Assembly (NCBI RefSeq): GCF_018350175.1
Contig: NC_058368.1
Coordinates: 193,628,001-193,692,000 of the forward strand
Direction of reading: 5' to 3'
Length of the DNA stretch: 64,000 nt
From: Felis catus
Lineage: Eukaryota
Below the pieces are notes generated by a model that made no database searches, was not told the DNA's origin, and saw only the letters and a program-made list of their open reading frames with translations. The position numbers were made by a program, and so were the translations under genes. How positions within the stretch are numbered: the first letter of the stretch is position 1; each line of letters begins with the position of its first letter. Below, piece by piece: positions 63,389 to 64,000 of the stretch.

Positions 63389-64000
63389 TGGACCCCTAGA
63401 ACCTGAGAATTAGTAGGAATTGTAATGATCTAATCTCCCACTTGGTAAGTAATGCCATCTATCACACTTTGTTGGTTAGCCAGGTTCTGTCTCTGTTCCC
63501 ATTCCTCTAGTAGACAGGAGGTTTGCTATCGCACTTGGCAGTTCATTCCACCGTGGGCCAACTATAATTTCCAGACAGTTTATTTTTTCCTAGTATCAAA
63601 CAAGTTGTCTTCTTAAACCTCCTTTTCACTAAACTTATTGACGTTCTCTGGAGCTTCACAGAAAAGTCAACTTGCTTCTTAAAATAATTGAGAACAGTTA
63701 TCTTGTCTCATTTCTTTCAAACATTCCTTCAACTTTATTTGAAAGTTAACAGACTGCTCTACTCTTCACCCTGCCCACATCATGGTTCATAAATATCTAA
63801 GTGCAAGGACCCCTAAGACTTCCATTTAGCTATCTCAGAAGCTACCTGGGAAAGTCAAAGAGGCTGTTTTTCATCCCCCATCTCCTTTAGCTGTATTTTG
63901 TTTATGTTTCTACACACTGCTTCACTTGAAAAAAAAATGATTGAATAGTCATTTCACATGCTGTTTTTCAGCCTTCTTAAACTATTCTTTAATGCCAGAA

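Noticed and set aside
1..64000. Most ORF-track entries as host protein-coding genes
   Set aside because: They are short, and many are translations of SINEs (e.g. 8482, 21098, 34619, 37695, 57667), microsatellites (3214, 18091, 44693, 59334) or LTRs; no coherent spliced exon chain or recognisable cellular protein was found.

Overview
This is mammalian genomic DNA, almost certainly from a felid: it carries many tRNA-derived Can-SINEs, some closely matching the SINEC_Fc type. It is non-coding and repeat-rich (SINEC, MIR, L2, old L1M, MaLR/ERVL/ERV1 solo LTRs, hAT MITEs, microsatellites). I found no intact host gene, RNA gene or CRISPR array. The striking part is the unique sequence between the repeats at about 9.3-30.7 kb, which reads as decayed intronless protein-coding sequence. 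(1) 9295-~10480 (+) translates, across stops and frameshifts, into colinear blocks resembling bornavirus nucleoprotein (an EBLN-like endogenous viral element), and it abuts a truncated L1. (2) ~22.7-28.5 kb (-), possibly extending to ~30.7 kb, carries fragments whose order matches a bunyavirus-type L polymerase (motifs A-E and the downstream region), broken up by MIR, L2, L1M, LTR and hAT insertions. (3) Further decayed ORFs (17.2-17.8, 10.8-11.4, 13.9-15.1 kb) could not be identified. Together these suggest a possible hotspot of ancient non-retroviral RNA-virus integrations; a piRNA-cluster-like role is a hypothesis only. All viral alignments were made by eye against reference sequences recalled from memory and need tBLASTn/HMM confirmation. 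Repeat subfamily names and many repeat boundaries are approximate.
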